A stretch of DNA of 64,000 nucleotides from Adineta vaga. Its lineage: Eukaryota; Animalia; Rotifera. Positions 24,422 to 38,615 of the stretch are shown here, piece after piece (within the stretch, counting starts at the first letter, position 1; each line of letters opens with the position of its first letter). The stretch covers positions 1,550,001 to 1,614,000 of the forward strand of contig CP075495.1 in the NCBI GenBank assembly GCA_021613535.1, written 5' to 3'. The translations under genes and the position numbers were made by a program. Under the pieces are notes generated by a model, which was given only the letters and a program-made list of their open reading frames with translations, was not told where the DNA came from and made no database searches.

Positions 24422-27400
24422 TTAATCTTGAAGTGCAGCTGCAGCAACATTATTCTTCTTTAAAGCACTAAGTGTTCCACCCGATGCTGATACATTATGA
24501 TGATTACCAGTAGATGCTTGTTGATTGGAATTCACATTTGTAGATGCTGTACTACTCACATCAGCTCCGTAAATTTTCGATGCTTTTTCACTGACAGTTA
24601 AATGTTGTTGTGATGCAACCAATGTATCATACAAAGCTTTTTTCCATTCAATCCACGAAACTTCATCCTATAGCAAGGTCGAAACAAATGAAGAGAAAAA
24701 CAAACACACCGACACTCATGCTAATTCAATTACAATATTTAAAACACATTGACAACGAATAAAAGCGTACAAATAACATGCATAATACGAATACAACGAC
24801 AAGAGTTATACACGAATAAAACACACAAGAATACGATGAAGAAAACAAATCTTACCTGTGGAGACAACATCAATCGAGGTTCATTTCCACCTTTTAAATG
24901 TATTGTTATCGTTTTTTGTCCTTTACATTCTTTTGAATCAATATGTTCAATTCTTTCCATCGTATAGACCTAGAAGAAAAAGAAAATTTATATTTTGTCT
25001 TCATATAAGAACTAAAACTTTTTGTGTAAATAACATAACCTTTTTCTTTTTTTAGACGATTACCTAATAGTTTTCATTCATCCGCAAAAAAGAAAAATAT
25101 TGATCTTTACGATGGAGAAGGAAGAAAAAAAAGAATTTCTTTCGATATAATGACACAATGCTGAAATTGATCGATCTACACTTATTCATTTAACATCAAC
25201 TTCAAAGACTACGACAATAGACGACGATTTCCGTTTACTAAACGTGCTTGATCATGATCCTTTCAACGTGCTTTTTATTATTAACAATTGACTTATAACC
25301 AAGATTAGAATAATTAGAGAAGAAAACAAAATATCTTAATTATTGTTTTCTGTTATCTTGTTAGTGTGAATGATGTACTTAAAAACAAGATAATCTTTAT
25401 GATTTACCTCAGGATCTTTATCACCCTTTTCATAATGTAATTCTAATCTATTCGGATACAATTTTGTATAACGTATTTGCCATGAAAATCCAAATGTTCC
25501 TGTATTTTTTTTTAATTGTCCTTGTAAAATTAGATCCGACGTTTTTTCATCATCATAAATATTATTTTGTTTAAATTTTGCTCGTCGTTTTTGTTCGATT
25601 TTATCTGTTTCTTGATTAACTGTATCGAAAACTGTTTCTACAATTTAACGAACAAAAATGATTAATTAAGAAACGAACGACAATACAATGGAATATTTAC
25701 CGGTTATTTCCTGTTGCCATCGTTCCGAAATAACAATAGGAAAATTTTTATACAATTCTTGATCAGATTCGGTTAACTAATGAAATCAAATGCAATTTCT
25801 TTTTTCTATCATTTATTGATTATTTCCTTACTTTAATTCCTTTCGTATCATCTTCATCAAAATTTCCGATATCAAATGCATCAGCTGCATTGACTTCACC
25901 TCGTGGTGGAATCAATGGTGGAATTAATTTTAATAGATAGACTTGTTTCCATTCCATATCTTTAAAATATGGATGATCTTTGACTTCTTCCGCTCTAGAG
26001 AAAAGAAAATATCGTAATGTTGAAATTTGTTTGTTTTTTTTCATTCGAAAAAATTATTTTACAATTTGCCCATACAACCCAATCGTTTATCTACATCACG
26101 TTGAAGTAATCCTTCAAGTAATGTTCGCATTTCATTCGTCATAGTTTCAGGTAATTCAATATTCTGAAAATAGAAACACATCAATAAATAAAATTTAAAA
26201 AAAAAACACAACAATTTTCTATACCATTGTCATGGTCATTTTATCAATTTCATGTTTATCTTTTGTTTTATGTTGTCGAAATGGACTATGTCCTTTCAAT
26301 AGTTTATATAACATACAACCGAATGAAAACCAATCTGCACTGGAATCGTATGCAACACCTTTGGCTAACACTTCCGGGGCCATATAACCATGTGTTCCGA
26401 CACTGGCATGAGGTTTTTTCTTGGAAAAATCACAAGCTAAACCTAAATCTGATATACGAACATGACCATGTTCATCCAAAAGAATATTTGCAGGCTAGAA
26501 ACAAAAAAAAAGAAGTGACCTTGAAAATATCATTTCAATACAAAAAAAGAATCTTTTACTTTCAAATCTCGATAAACAATTGATCGAAGATGCATATGTT
26601 CTAAACCAAGGATAATTTCTGCTGCATAAAATTTCACTTCTTTCTCGGAAAAGACTCCATGTTGAGATAAATGATAATGAAGATCACCACCTAGAAGAAG
26701 AAAAAAAAATGTCGTTGAATAGACAACGAAAGAGAAATCTTACCGTTCATTAGATCAAGAATAAAACAAAGTTTATCTGTGGTATGAAATGCATACGTCA
26801 TACAGACAATAAATGGACAACCTTCCTCCTTAACAACGAAAGAAACCATAAAAAAAATTTGAATCTATTGAAGATAAAGAAAAAGGACATACTCCTGTGC
26901 TGACAAGGGAAAGCATAATACGTTCATTCAATGCTAATGTTTCACCTTGTTTCATTTTAATTCGTTTTTTATCAAGGCATTTCATTGCATACCTTGAAAA
27001 AGACAAAGTAGAATTGAAATTAAAAAGTCTCATTTACATTTTTCCGGTATCTGCCTTTCTACAACCATAGACTTCACCAAAACCACCTCGGCCAATAATT
27101 CTATGAACACTAAAATCGTTCATTGTTAACTAAACAAAAAACGTCATTCATTCAGTTAAAATATGAGAAGAAAAACCAAAAAGAATGAACCTGAATATTC
27201 AATTCGAAATTTTTCCATTGACAAAATCTCGTATATTTTTCTGATTCCATAAATCTTTCAAAAATTCGTCCACGTAATGAATCACATATTTCCTTTTTAT
27301 ATGGTTCAAATAAATTCGATGGTAAACTATTTTTTGGATTATTTGGATTGTATTTTGATAGATATTTTTTGACACTTTCAACTGCTCGTTCGGAATATGT

Positions 27401-28860
27401 CTTGAAAGTATAAAAATAAATCAAATCAATGAATTATTCTCATTAAATGATTAGATTTTACATGTGAATTCGAAAGTAGTTCCTTCATTATAAATTGATC
27501 ATAAATTTCTTTTCCTACACGCCATCGTTCTTCATCTGTTTCAAGTTTTTCAAATCGTTTTATCTAAATATTGATTAAAGAATAGAGAAGAAAAATTTGT
27601 GCACAACCTAAGATGACAAATATAAACCTCTTCATAGAATTTTAATTGAGGCACAGGTTCATCACAAAGACTTGCAGCAAATTCTTTAAAAAGAAGAAAT
27701 CCTAAAAGATAAAAGAGATTTTCCATTAAGCTGATTTTTTCAATTGATCTTCGAAAACAGTTTGCATGTAAGCAATTGACTAGTTACATAGCAATTCACA
27801 TAGAGATTTGACACGCACGCTTGTTCAAGACAAGAAGATGAGTAGAGAGAGAGAGAAAGTTTTTCTGAACTGCACTATCAGTACCTGCAAAAAAGAAGAA
27901 GAAGAAGAGACCGGAGGCCATAAGAATAGATGACATTCTTCTGCTTTCGGCTTGACAAAACGAGAGGAAAGAGGAAAAAAGAAAGAGAGTGCAGGAAGAG
28001 AAAAAAAGCAAAACAAGATGAAGGTCTAACAGCAGAATAGATTCATTAACAGAACAAAGTAAAAAAGAAAAAGAAATAATCTAGCGATCTGATGCAATTG
28101 TCGCGTTTGTCTTTGTCTTCATTTCCTTGTTTATGGATCCGACAATTAAATTACAGATCCAGTAACCGTTCTAATCCTCCTATTGATAGTTCATGTCGAG
28201 TATTTTTGGCGTATCTTTCTTCTCTTTATCTCTCATTTCATTCAATCACTTTCATGACACGAACAAAGAAAAGAATTATTCTAAATGATCTTTCCAGGTA
28301 CTATCATAATGACAAGGATGAATGAGAACCAAAAAAAAAAAAGAAGAAAATAATGTTGATAGAAATGGCTCGACATTATTAGTTGCGAGAACAGAAGAAG
28401 AAAAAGAAGAAGAAAAAAAGATATTAACACATTGACTGTAATCAAAGACGAAGACACGACAATAATAAACAACTGTAAAACAAATGCGACTGTTTAGTTC
28501 TGTCATTAAAAGACAATGTCACTCAACAAAAAGATCAATAATTGATGGGCATGTCTGCGATCGAAAGTCGAGGAAAACAGACCAAAGAAAAAAGAAAAGT
28601 GAAAACATACCAATTTGTTGATTGAAGATTTTATCAAATGTATTTTCATACATTTTCTGTAGATGTTTATGAGTTACACTTCGTACTCTATTGAAGAAAT
28701 TGAATTGAATAAAAAAGAGCGATAGGAAAATTTCATGAAATACTTACGTTCGATCTGGTAGTACGATTTTTTTACTTGCAGAAGCGGCTGGTGTCGATTT
28801 TGACTTTTCCATTGCCATTAAATAGGAAACATCAGCTAATACAGCTTCAAGATCAGCCAT
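24422..28860 (-). CDS. GRK2: G protein-coupled receptor kinase 2/3 (beta-ARK / Gprk1 ortholog)
   Basis: [22 protein letters not shown]-terminus; RH domain; kinase [11 protein letters not shown]...[27 protein letters not shown]...DLGLACDF...GTHGYMAPE; [15 protein letters not shown]; C-terminal PH domain. Confidence 0.97.
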
Positions 28861-30356
28861 AATGAAATGTTCTTATGTTTTTGTTTTGTTTGTTTGTATC
28901 AAATAATTTAATCGATGAATAAAAATGAAGAAAATATTTTACTTTTTAATTTTTTGTACAAATAAATTATATCATTCTCTTGAAAACTTTATTTATACTA
29001 CATGTAGATTCTTGATTGATTAATTTGACTAAAATCGGATTTATATTTGTTAATAACATCAAGTACAATCTTGTTCATAAAATAATCTAAAATATAAATA
29101 GTATAAAAGAAGCAAAAAATAACACTCATGGTAATGTTCTTTGTCTCAGATGATCGTTGTTGTCTGTATGGATGTCTGATTTTTTTTATCGGCTGAATGA
29201 TAGTGCCATTACTAGTGACTGTAAACCTCGATGGAAATAGAGAAGAAAAAAAAAACTTTTCAAAGAAGATATTATCGTCAATGATTAGAAGATTTTTTTC
29301 ATTGTGAAAGTATAGAATTTATACTGTTAATTAAAACTAATTAAATAGAGTTAAATTTTTGAAGTATAGAGGTCGTTAGTTGAGTTAGACAATTAGAATA
29401 TTCATCGAGAATTTTTAGTTTTGTTTTATATTTGAGATTGATAAATTTAATATAAATAAGTAATTATTCCTATTCGAAAGAATTGATATTGAAAATAGAA
29501 AATAGAAAATCTAATCCCAAGATATTTACAAAAATTCTAATGATCTGAATATAAATTATAATATTCTTTCATATTTATTGATCAAATTTACACTCAAGAT
29601 GCCTATCTAATCTAAAGAAGTACTAAAAAACATTCTTTTCAACTATATTTAATGTGCACACATTGAAAATCAAGAAATAAAATAAACGTCTTACCTATTG
29701 GTAATGACTACGAATCAGATAATGCTTATCAATCACTTCCTATCGTCAAAAATTTATTTTCTCTTCGTTTATGCAATAGAAAACCTTGGTATCGTTCTTT
29801 TACGTCTCGTAGTTCTCATTTTGAGTATAGGACACGATCCTTTTTCTTTCGATCATTCTGCAATGATGTAATTCATCCGCCAAGGAAAGTTTAATCGATC
29901 GTAAACAGATAAATTTGTTCCATTAAACTTTCGTTGATATATTTATATCAGGTAAATATCAATAAAACTAAAAATCACGTTTAATGTTTTATTCGCATAA
30001 TCCTGTCAGTTATAACTAAGAACTTTTCGTCAAACATATACCTTCTGGGTATACTCTATGTATAAAAGCAATGACGAACGAATCAAATCTATGTAAATGA
30101 GTCGAACTATTGATTATGAAAAGTACGGGTTCTTCTTATTCTAGGCTATTACATAAGCTGTTTTTTTTTCTTCTTCTATAACTATAATACTGAATCAATG
30201 ACTCTATCATTCAATTATAGTCAGGTGCAAACATATAACGGACAGTACGGTATTCACGGATGAAAAGTTTTTCTTTCTTTTGCAAAACATGACAGTATTA
30301 ATGTCCCTAAATCAAAAGAACGACGTTATTTGTATTATTTTCATCATATAACGACG

Positions 30357-31874
30357 ATGGATAATATTCATAAAAGTTCGACTAAAGTTTTAATAGTAAC
30401 ATCAACAAATGCTGATGATGACGATGATGGAGAAAGTTTATTAAATTTAATTCATTCGACAACGATTAATAAGATCAAACGATCAGTAAGATTGACGAAT
30501 TATTATTCTGCTAGTAAAAGTAAATATTGAATTGATAGATAAATGATGAAGTACATAATCCATGGTCAAAAATAGAAAATACCAAACGACGAAAGGCAGA
30601 TTTAACATGTGTGATTTGTGAAGGTTCTGCATTTGGACATCATTTTGGACAAATTACATGTGAATCATGCAAAGGTTTGTTTTCTATTTAATAATTCATG
30701 TAATTTCTATTCTCTCGATCTATTATTTCAGCATTTTTTCGACGAAATGCTTTACAAGAAATTGTAAGTACTATTCTTACAGAGAATTTTATTCTTCATC
30801 TGAATCATATAGGCAAAAACCAGATGTTCTAAATCAAATGGTATTCGATGTATTATTCGCTATGATGTTCAACAGAAATGTCAACGATGTCGTTTATTAA
30901 AATGTTTAGAATTTGGTAAATAATACTTTGAGATTTTTCATCGATAAAAATCAAAATATTTTTTTTCAGGTATGCGTAAAGATTTAATATTAACACCAGA
31001 AGAAAAACTGAATAGACAAAACCGTTTAGAAGAAAATCGTCGTCTACGTTCAATTGAAATCAAAACAGAATTATTAGATATTAAAACTGAATATGTTTCA
31101 AATGACGATCGATTAACGAATGAGGATTGGGCTTTCTTAGATTTTATTCAAAATGCATATTTAACGGCATCACAATCGATTCCAACAGCAGCATCGATAC
31201 TTTCTCTTGAATTAGAATCGGATAAAATGTCAACTTATATGAATACATTAAATTTACATAATTTCGGTGCAGTTATAGTTATTAATTTTCTCAAACAAAT
31301 TCGAGAATTTGAAGAATTAAATGAACATGACCGTCTTATTCTAGTGAAATACAATTTAAATTTAGCTGGATTAATTCGTTTTGTATTAACATTTGATGCG
31401 ACACGTGAAATTTGGTATGTCGATCCAATTGATGATTCAATATCGAAAAGCGATGAAGCATTTGCTGAACAATGCAAAAGTATACATATTCTTTGTTATG
31501 GTTATGATTTATTTCGAACATTACTCGATATTTTGAATACAATTGAGAATTTAGTTAATAAAGATCCAATTATTATTCATTTATTAATGTTAACAATGAT
31601 TTTTCTAAAAGGTCTATCAGCAGATGATGATCAAGAACCAATTTTAATGGAATCTCAACGTGTTTTTCAGGCTCATTCAAAATATGCTGATTTACTTTTT
31701 CGATATTTAATTGAACAATCATCATTTGACATAGCGGTGATAAAAATGATGCGTATTGTTGGAGTATTAATGAAAATACAAGGATTAACTCGAGATTTTC
31801 AACAACAAGTGAAAAGCAAAATTGATGTGAATTATATTAATCCATTAATGAAATCATTACTTCATATGACATAA
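30357..31874 (+). CDS. Nuclear receptor, NR1J group (HR96/DAF-12/NHR-8-like)
   Basis: DNA-binding domain CVICEG...TCESCKAFFRRNA (CESCKA P-box) and KCQRCRLLKCLEFGM; ligand-binding domain with VINFLKQIREFEELNEHDRLILVK signature. Confidence 0.88.
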
Positions 31875-32182
31875 ATCTATTTTTCTTTTAATAAAATTCT
31901 TATGCACATGCGAACTTTGAGAACGCATTCTTTAAGAGAACAAAGATAGATAATGAAGTATTCTTAAATTCATACACTCGAAAAAAGTTTGTAGAAATTT
32001 GAAAGACTTCACACGATGTAGAAGTCATTGTTTCAATAATCTCTGACTCGCGCGTGACCAACAGGGTTTCCTTTACGCATGATTTTTGAGAAATAGAATT
32101 AATTATATAGTCGTTATGAAGATCATTTGTAGATAGCTATATACTTTTTTTTTCAAGGAGATATATGTTAAATATATTCGAA

Positions 32183-32192
32183 GCGCCATCTA
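32183..32192 (-). promoter_or_regulatory. CTCF/YY1-like motif TAGATGGCGC
   Basis: GCGCCATCTA on the + strand in AT-rich intergenic DNA. The same core recurs at 40048 and 50606. Confidence 0.45.
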
Positions 32193-33679
32193 CTAAATAC
32201 ATTCCGCAAAATTTCGATATTGATATTTAATGAGATCTAAAGAATTAAGAAATACATAACAAGAAGAAGAGAAAGAATATATTCAAATCTGTTTTTCATA
32301 TTATCATATCAATAAAACGTAGAATGTTGATGTATGAATGACCTAATTCTCTTTCTATTTATCTCTATCTCGTTATATGGTCAATAGCAACATTACTTCA
32401 CTTCTCATAAATCAATATATATATACATATATGTATGAACAGCTTCTCCTTTCCTTCGCACATATTTCACCATTGATCACCATCCTTCTTTCTATATCAC
32501 TACCGTATCTGTCAAAACATTTTACACTATACTCGCTATGCTATGTGAACTTTGTTAGTGGTGAAACGAATGACATGTTATAACAGGTGTGTGAGCAAGA
32601 AGCACAACTGTTCTTTTTTTTCCTTCGTCGTTCTTTTTTTTCTCTCCATAGGAAAAAAGACGACGTCAGAAAAAGAAAGAGAGAAAGATTTTTTCATTGG
32701 TGGAAAAAAAAGCGCTAATACAAAAATTTCTTTCTTGTTATTTTTTCTCTCTCTCTCTTTCCATCTCTCTCTCTCTCTCTCTTGTTGTGTATGTTATTGG
32801 TCTTGTTGAGTGTGAACAAGCATAACCAGATGTATGTCTGTACTTGACTCGTCGTCGGTATTATAGAGCAAATTCATTGATCCCAATCATCATCAAATTA
32901 GATTGACATCATTCTTGAAGGTAAGAAAAAAACTCAAAAGTCAAGTCTTCTGTTTTATTTTTCATACTTGCCAACGATATTAACCATGGTCGAAAGATCT
33001 CCTAGGGTGATGATGACGAGAACGAATATAAATACGATCCATAACTTCGAATTGATGTTGTTTATTTGATGTTAGGTCACATGAGCATGCTGTTTGTTTA
33101 CATAAATGAATAAGTTCCTACTGATTTCTTTTTTTTTGTGTAGAAGAAAAAAACTAAATAAACTTTCATTTATTTTCATTTCTTCTCTAATGATTGTATG
33201 TTTAACATTGGGAAAAAGAAAAAGAGAGAGAAAGTAATGTTGAAGAAGAAGAAAATTCAATATTTGACAGAAGTTCATTTAACTTCAAATAACAATCGGT
33301 GCCATACATGATCATTATCAATTTTCTTAGTTGACATTTGACAAGACATTCGTGTACGCACACATCTTGAAATTTCAGATCAGAAAAAGAAATCTTTCCG
33401 GATATCCATCTTTCCTTTTCTTCTTCGCTCTTTTTTTCATATGAAAAACGATCTTTAACATCCGTTTTAACGTTTCAGATCAGTCAAAAGAAAGTTTGCC
33501 TTGTTCCTCCTACATTTCCTTTGTTCTTAACTAATTGCTCAGACAAGTAGAAGAATGAATATCTCCTATTACTTCCGTTTTCAAAAAAAAGAAGAAGAAG
33601 AACAGATAAGACCGGCGGCATCTCATCTTCCTTTCATACATACTTTTGTTTTTCTCTCTTTCTCTCATTTTAGAAAGTA

Positions 33680-35290
33680 ATGCCTACCTTAGATACAATG
33701 TCGACAATCTGCTATGGTTGTCGTACATTAATCGATGATCGATATTATTTAATGGCCGTTGATCGTTGTTGGCACTTATCATGTTTGAAATGTTTTGATT
33801 GTGGCATATCACTTGAACAAGAACGAACATGTTTTGCACGATTTGGACAAATATTTTGTAAAGATGATTATGTAAAGTATGTTTTCTTAAAATGAATGAG
33901 AATAATTTTGTTTTTCTATACAAACTAATTATGTTTTTAGAAGATATTGTTCTCGTGTTTGTACTCGATGTCATACTATGATTCGACAAGATGAAGTTAT
34001 TCTACGTGCTAAACAATATATTTTTCATTTGGATTGTTTTACATGTATTACTTGTAATGTTCTTCTTCATCCGGGTGATGAATTTGGTTTAAAAGATGAT
34101 TTAATTTTTTGTCGTCAACATTTTTTTGAACAACAACAACAACAACAACAGCAGCAGCAGCAGCATCATCATCAGTCTTATGATCCACATTTATCGGGAA
34201 GAATGATTGATATGGGTATTGAAAATCATCCACTTTCACATCCAACCGGTTTTCTTGATGATTCCGGTTATTATACATCTCCAATCCCGGCATTAATTCC
34301 TTCAACACCACCAACAAATACGAGTACACCCAGTGGTACATCAACTAATATGACAAAACGTACACGAAAACGTAAAGAACGTCAGCAACAACAACAACAG
34401 ACACAACAGCAGCATGAAGATATGATGTCATCATCCGATCATTTCTTAACTCTTTCACCTTCATCATCAAATCTTGGTATGTTTTTCTCATTAGAATCGT
34501 TTTCTTTTTCAAACTGATTGACAGACATATTCAACGAAGTGAGAATATCTCTTCAAGAGCTTAAATGAGGATTAGAGACTGCTGTTCAATCGATTATATT
34601 CATGGTGTTATACTTGAAAAATCGTGTGCAATATAGAATAGAATTTGTTCAAGTGACCACTTTGAAATTGTTTCTATAGTAGGGAATGAAGGAGCATTAT
34701 TTGCTCCATCATTGGATTCTTCATATTATGTTGATGTCGTTGATATGGATGGAAATGGACCAAATTCATCATCAAATCATCATTCACATTCAACAAATAA
34801 TAATCTATCCAATGTTTCTCATCATCATCATCATGGAAGACAAAAACGTGTACGAACAAGTTTCAAACATCATCAATTACGTTGTATGAGATCATATTTT
34901 AATTTAAATCATAATCCAGGTAGAAGATTTCTTTCTTATATCATTTTTTTTCTTATCAATCTTTCGATTCTAGATGCAAAAGATCTAAAAAATCTTGCAG
35001 AAAAAACGAATCTACCTAAACGTGTTCTTCAAGTTTGGTTTCAAAATGCACGTGCAAAATATCGTCGCAGTGTTTCTCGTAGTGATACATTATCCTCAAC
35101 ATCTCAATCAGCACAAACACAACCTGCAATGAATCAATCATCACTAGCTATCCCATCGACAATGCTTGACATTCATCCTACACGAGAAGATACAACGAAT
35201 TCATCGAATTTATCATCACCAACTGAATCAATTCGTTCGAAAACTTCATCAGTGAACTTTAGCGAATCGGAAACATGTGGTTCCATGTAA
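33680..35290 (+). CDS. Awh: LIM-homeobox protein, Lhx6/8 (Arrowhead) family, paralog A
   Basis: Two LIM domains; homeodomain RQKRVRTSFKHHQLRCMRSYFNLNHNPDAKDLKNLAEKTNLPKRVLQVWFQNARAKYRR, split by intron 34920-34973. Confidence 0.92.
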
Positions 35291-36655
35291 TAGAATTGCG
35301 TTGTTTGGTTGTCTTTTTCTTTTTCTTTTTTTTTGCATATCAATGTTTAGTTTGTATGTTGTATAGAAATCGAACAAAAGAAAGAAAAAAAAAATTTACT
35401 CTGTCATGAGAAAAAAAACAAATATGTCTTTCCCAATTCACTTTAGACAATCAACAGTTGTACCGTTTGGTTCATGTTATTATTGTGAGCAAATTAGCAG
35501 CGTATATTTTCTTTCCTAGTCAAGTATTGACTGACCTTTTGTTTAGTGCAGGTGGAATGTCAATCTCTCTGTTACCCGCCCAGCAAGATCAAGAATAACA
35601 GAAAAGGTTTCCTTTCTTATTCACATACTTGTTCCAATGTCAATATTTATTCATGGCGTCATCGTTTTCTACATATCAATCGATATTATTAGACTAGACT
35701 CGTTTATCACATCGATGCTAGTCAATACACTCCTCCTCAACTATCCCATTTAGATCATATTCAGTTCTTGTTCAAATTTTCGGACAATGAAGAATTGTAT
35801 TACTAATCATCATTGAAACATTTTTTTTTCTTGTCTAAATTCCGACAATGACACATTGAACAAAGATCAAGGTGTTGACATCACACCTTCCGAAACAATT
35901 TCTCTCGAGAATCAATTGACTCATCAGCATCAAAGAAGATCCCAATCGTGTCCTTCATATTCAATTGTTCGTTCTCTTACTTTCTTATCCTTACCTGACT
36001 CGTTTGCATGTTCATTTCTTCCTGTAATTAGTTCAATTAAAATTTAGAAAAAAAAAAGAAACGAGACTATATGAACATTCACATACACACGTGCCTTCAT
36101 TCTAATAGGGTTACTCTCTACTTTTCTTTTCCATTGAGAAGAAAAAAAAACAACAGTAGTATACTGCTGTTGACAGTGAGCATGATCGTATAGCACAGCA
36201 GGATACAGTATATAAAACTAACACGCGATGCCAATAGAGGAGAAGAGAAGAAAAAAAAAAGAGATAAGTCGACAGGAAGATTATATTAAGATGAATGAAC
36301 ACGATATTCTTTGGAGAAGGAGTGTGAGAGAAGAAAAAAAACGAACTCAACTATATTTCATTCTCTCCGCCCAAAACTAATTTCTTTCACATAAATCTCG
36401 ACATATACATCCGTCGATATTAAATGGTCCATTGTATTGATAGTATATAACAAAGGAAGTTCGTACATCTCAATCTCATACATTTGTAAATGATAACTCG
36501 ACATGTTTGAATGTTCTCTCGCTCTATTGATTTAACGCTTATCTTCTTTCTCATTGTGTCACATAGAACACATATGGAATAATAAAGATGTGATTTTGTT
36601 TTCGATTGAACTCTGTTGGTTGTATTTAATAATAAAGAAAAAAGAAAAAAAAATA

Positions 36656-38615
36656 TCACAAAAGTGGGTACATAGAATAAGGCGGCAAATGATGATTGAA
36701 TTCATGTGCAGAAAGATTGTTCGTTGAATCTGTATCGAGATTATTATTATCATAATCATCTAATTCATCAATTAATTCTTCATCTTCTGTTCGACTTCGA
36801 TCATTCGATGTTCGACTTGCAATATCATCATCTGTTAACATTTGAAGAAATTCATTCGTCGAAGAATTTGTATTTTCCATCGATGTTGAAGCTTTATCTT
36901 GTTTATTTTCTTGTTCTTGTATAATTCCACGACGAAGTTTTGCTCGAGCATTTTGAAACCAAACCTAAATCATAGGAAATATTTTTTGTAATGAATACAA
37001 TAGAAAAAAAGCAAAATTTCGATTTACTTGAAGTACACGTTTACTTAATTGTGTTTTTTGTGATAAAATTTTCAAACCTTTCGAGTCAGGATTATGATTT
37101 TGAGCAAAAAATGTTTTCATTATTCGTAATTGATGATGTTTAAATGATGTACGATTTCGTTTTGTTCGTTGTTGTTGAGTATTATTGGATAATTGATTAT
37201 GGAATAAATTTGTTGAATTCGAAAGATCATTTCCATTTAAAAATCCTTCGAAATTATTTGTTGAATTATTTTCTAATGTATTCAATTTTGTTCGTTGCTT
37301 ACGTTGAGTAATATGTCGAGATTTTTTCATTGTTACATTTGGTGTTGATGCTGATGGACTTTTAATTGGTGAGCAAAGTGAAAATGTTGTATTAGTTGTT
37401 TGTTCCAAATGTAAACGACAAAATAAGAAAGATCCATGTAAACCATAATCATCGCCTGGTTTTAAAACAACATTACATAAACAGCAAGTAAAACAATCGA
37501 TATGATAGATATATTTATCATCTGCACGCATTACTAATTCGTTGGGAGAGATGATTAGTTGACATTTTGAACATTGAGGTGATACAAATGTTGAATTTTG
37601 ATAAGACCTAGAAATATGTCGAAAGAAAAATTCATGATTTTCTACCTTAAAGCAAATCGATGGTAGTTGGTCAACCCCCTGCTAAGTTTATTTTTCTCGA
37701 TGATAATCTTTCCAAGTGATTTACTTATTTTGCTGCTTGAGGCACTAGTTCGATTTCAAACTACCCCCGACTGTGTGTGTTGAACATTGAGAATCGTTTT
37801 TTTTTCTTTTGCAACGAGTAAATATGATATGTGTTCAATAGGGTACTAGACGCGGATGATTGACAAAAACACGCAAGTGTTCACAGATAATGATGCTGAA
37901 GAAGCAAGAAGCTCTGTCAGATCAATCGACGAAATGAAGCCTTTCCGATCAATTGATGATAAGACAAAACAGGTGTGATAGAAAAGAGAAAGACCAAGAA
38001 CGAAGAATCGATAAGTCATTTCGATGAGAATACTCGACACATTTTAATTTATGACACACGACATTTAAATGACAACTATCGTGTTCTATCGATATGTCGT
38101 TTTTCTTCATAATTAATTATAATTGTCTACGCATGACTAAACATTTCTTCTCTTCTTCTTCTTTTTTTTCACACACCTATACACATATTTCCTCTCCAAG
38201 GTTGAATATCTCGTCTTACTTATTGTTATTAGCTGTTTGATAATCATGTCGACAAATAAAATGTGATTGTTGTTCATAATTATTTCGAATAAAATATCCT
38301 CCACCAACTGTTATCAATGGTCGATGACAAAGATAACAAGTTAAACAATTTTCATGAAAGATTCCATGTTTATGTACACGTAAATAACTTTCATCTTTTA
38401 TTATTAAACCACATGAGACACAATTGTTTTCACCAAGAACCAATGTATTATTTCCAACAATATCATAATCAACTAATGAAGTTGGAGTTAACTAAAAGAA
38501 TAAGAATAAAATTTAGATTTTCTTTTTTTTTTTCAAAAATTTTATCGCAAAATTCTACCTCAGGAGGTTCAGTTAATTGTGTTGGAGGAGTTGGTGCTAG
38601 TAAACGTTCAATCAT
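36656..38615 (-). CDS. LIM-homeobox protein, Lhx6/8 (Arrowhead) family, divergent paralog B
   Basis: LIM1 CVSCG...FHENCLTCYLC...CRHD; LIM2 CSKC...YHIDCFTCCLC...CRLH; homeodomain RTKRNRTSFKHHQLRIMKTFFAQNHNPDSKGLKILSQKTQLSKRVLQ|VWFQNARAKLRR. Confidence 0.9.

Noticed and set aside
25040-25063. AG/GT-bounded 24-nt segment in a GRK2 PH-domain intron
   Set aside because: It reads VIV* in the required phase and has a poor pyrimidine tract; probably cryptic.
33373-33500. Short imperfect direct repeat tttcagatcag..aaagaaa.ttt upstream of Awh paralog A
   Set aside because: Only two short copies in low-complexity DNA; no function can be supported.
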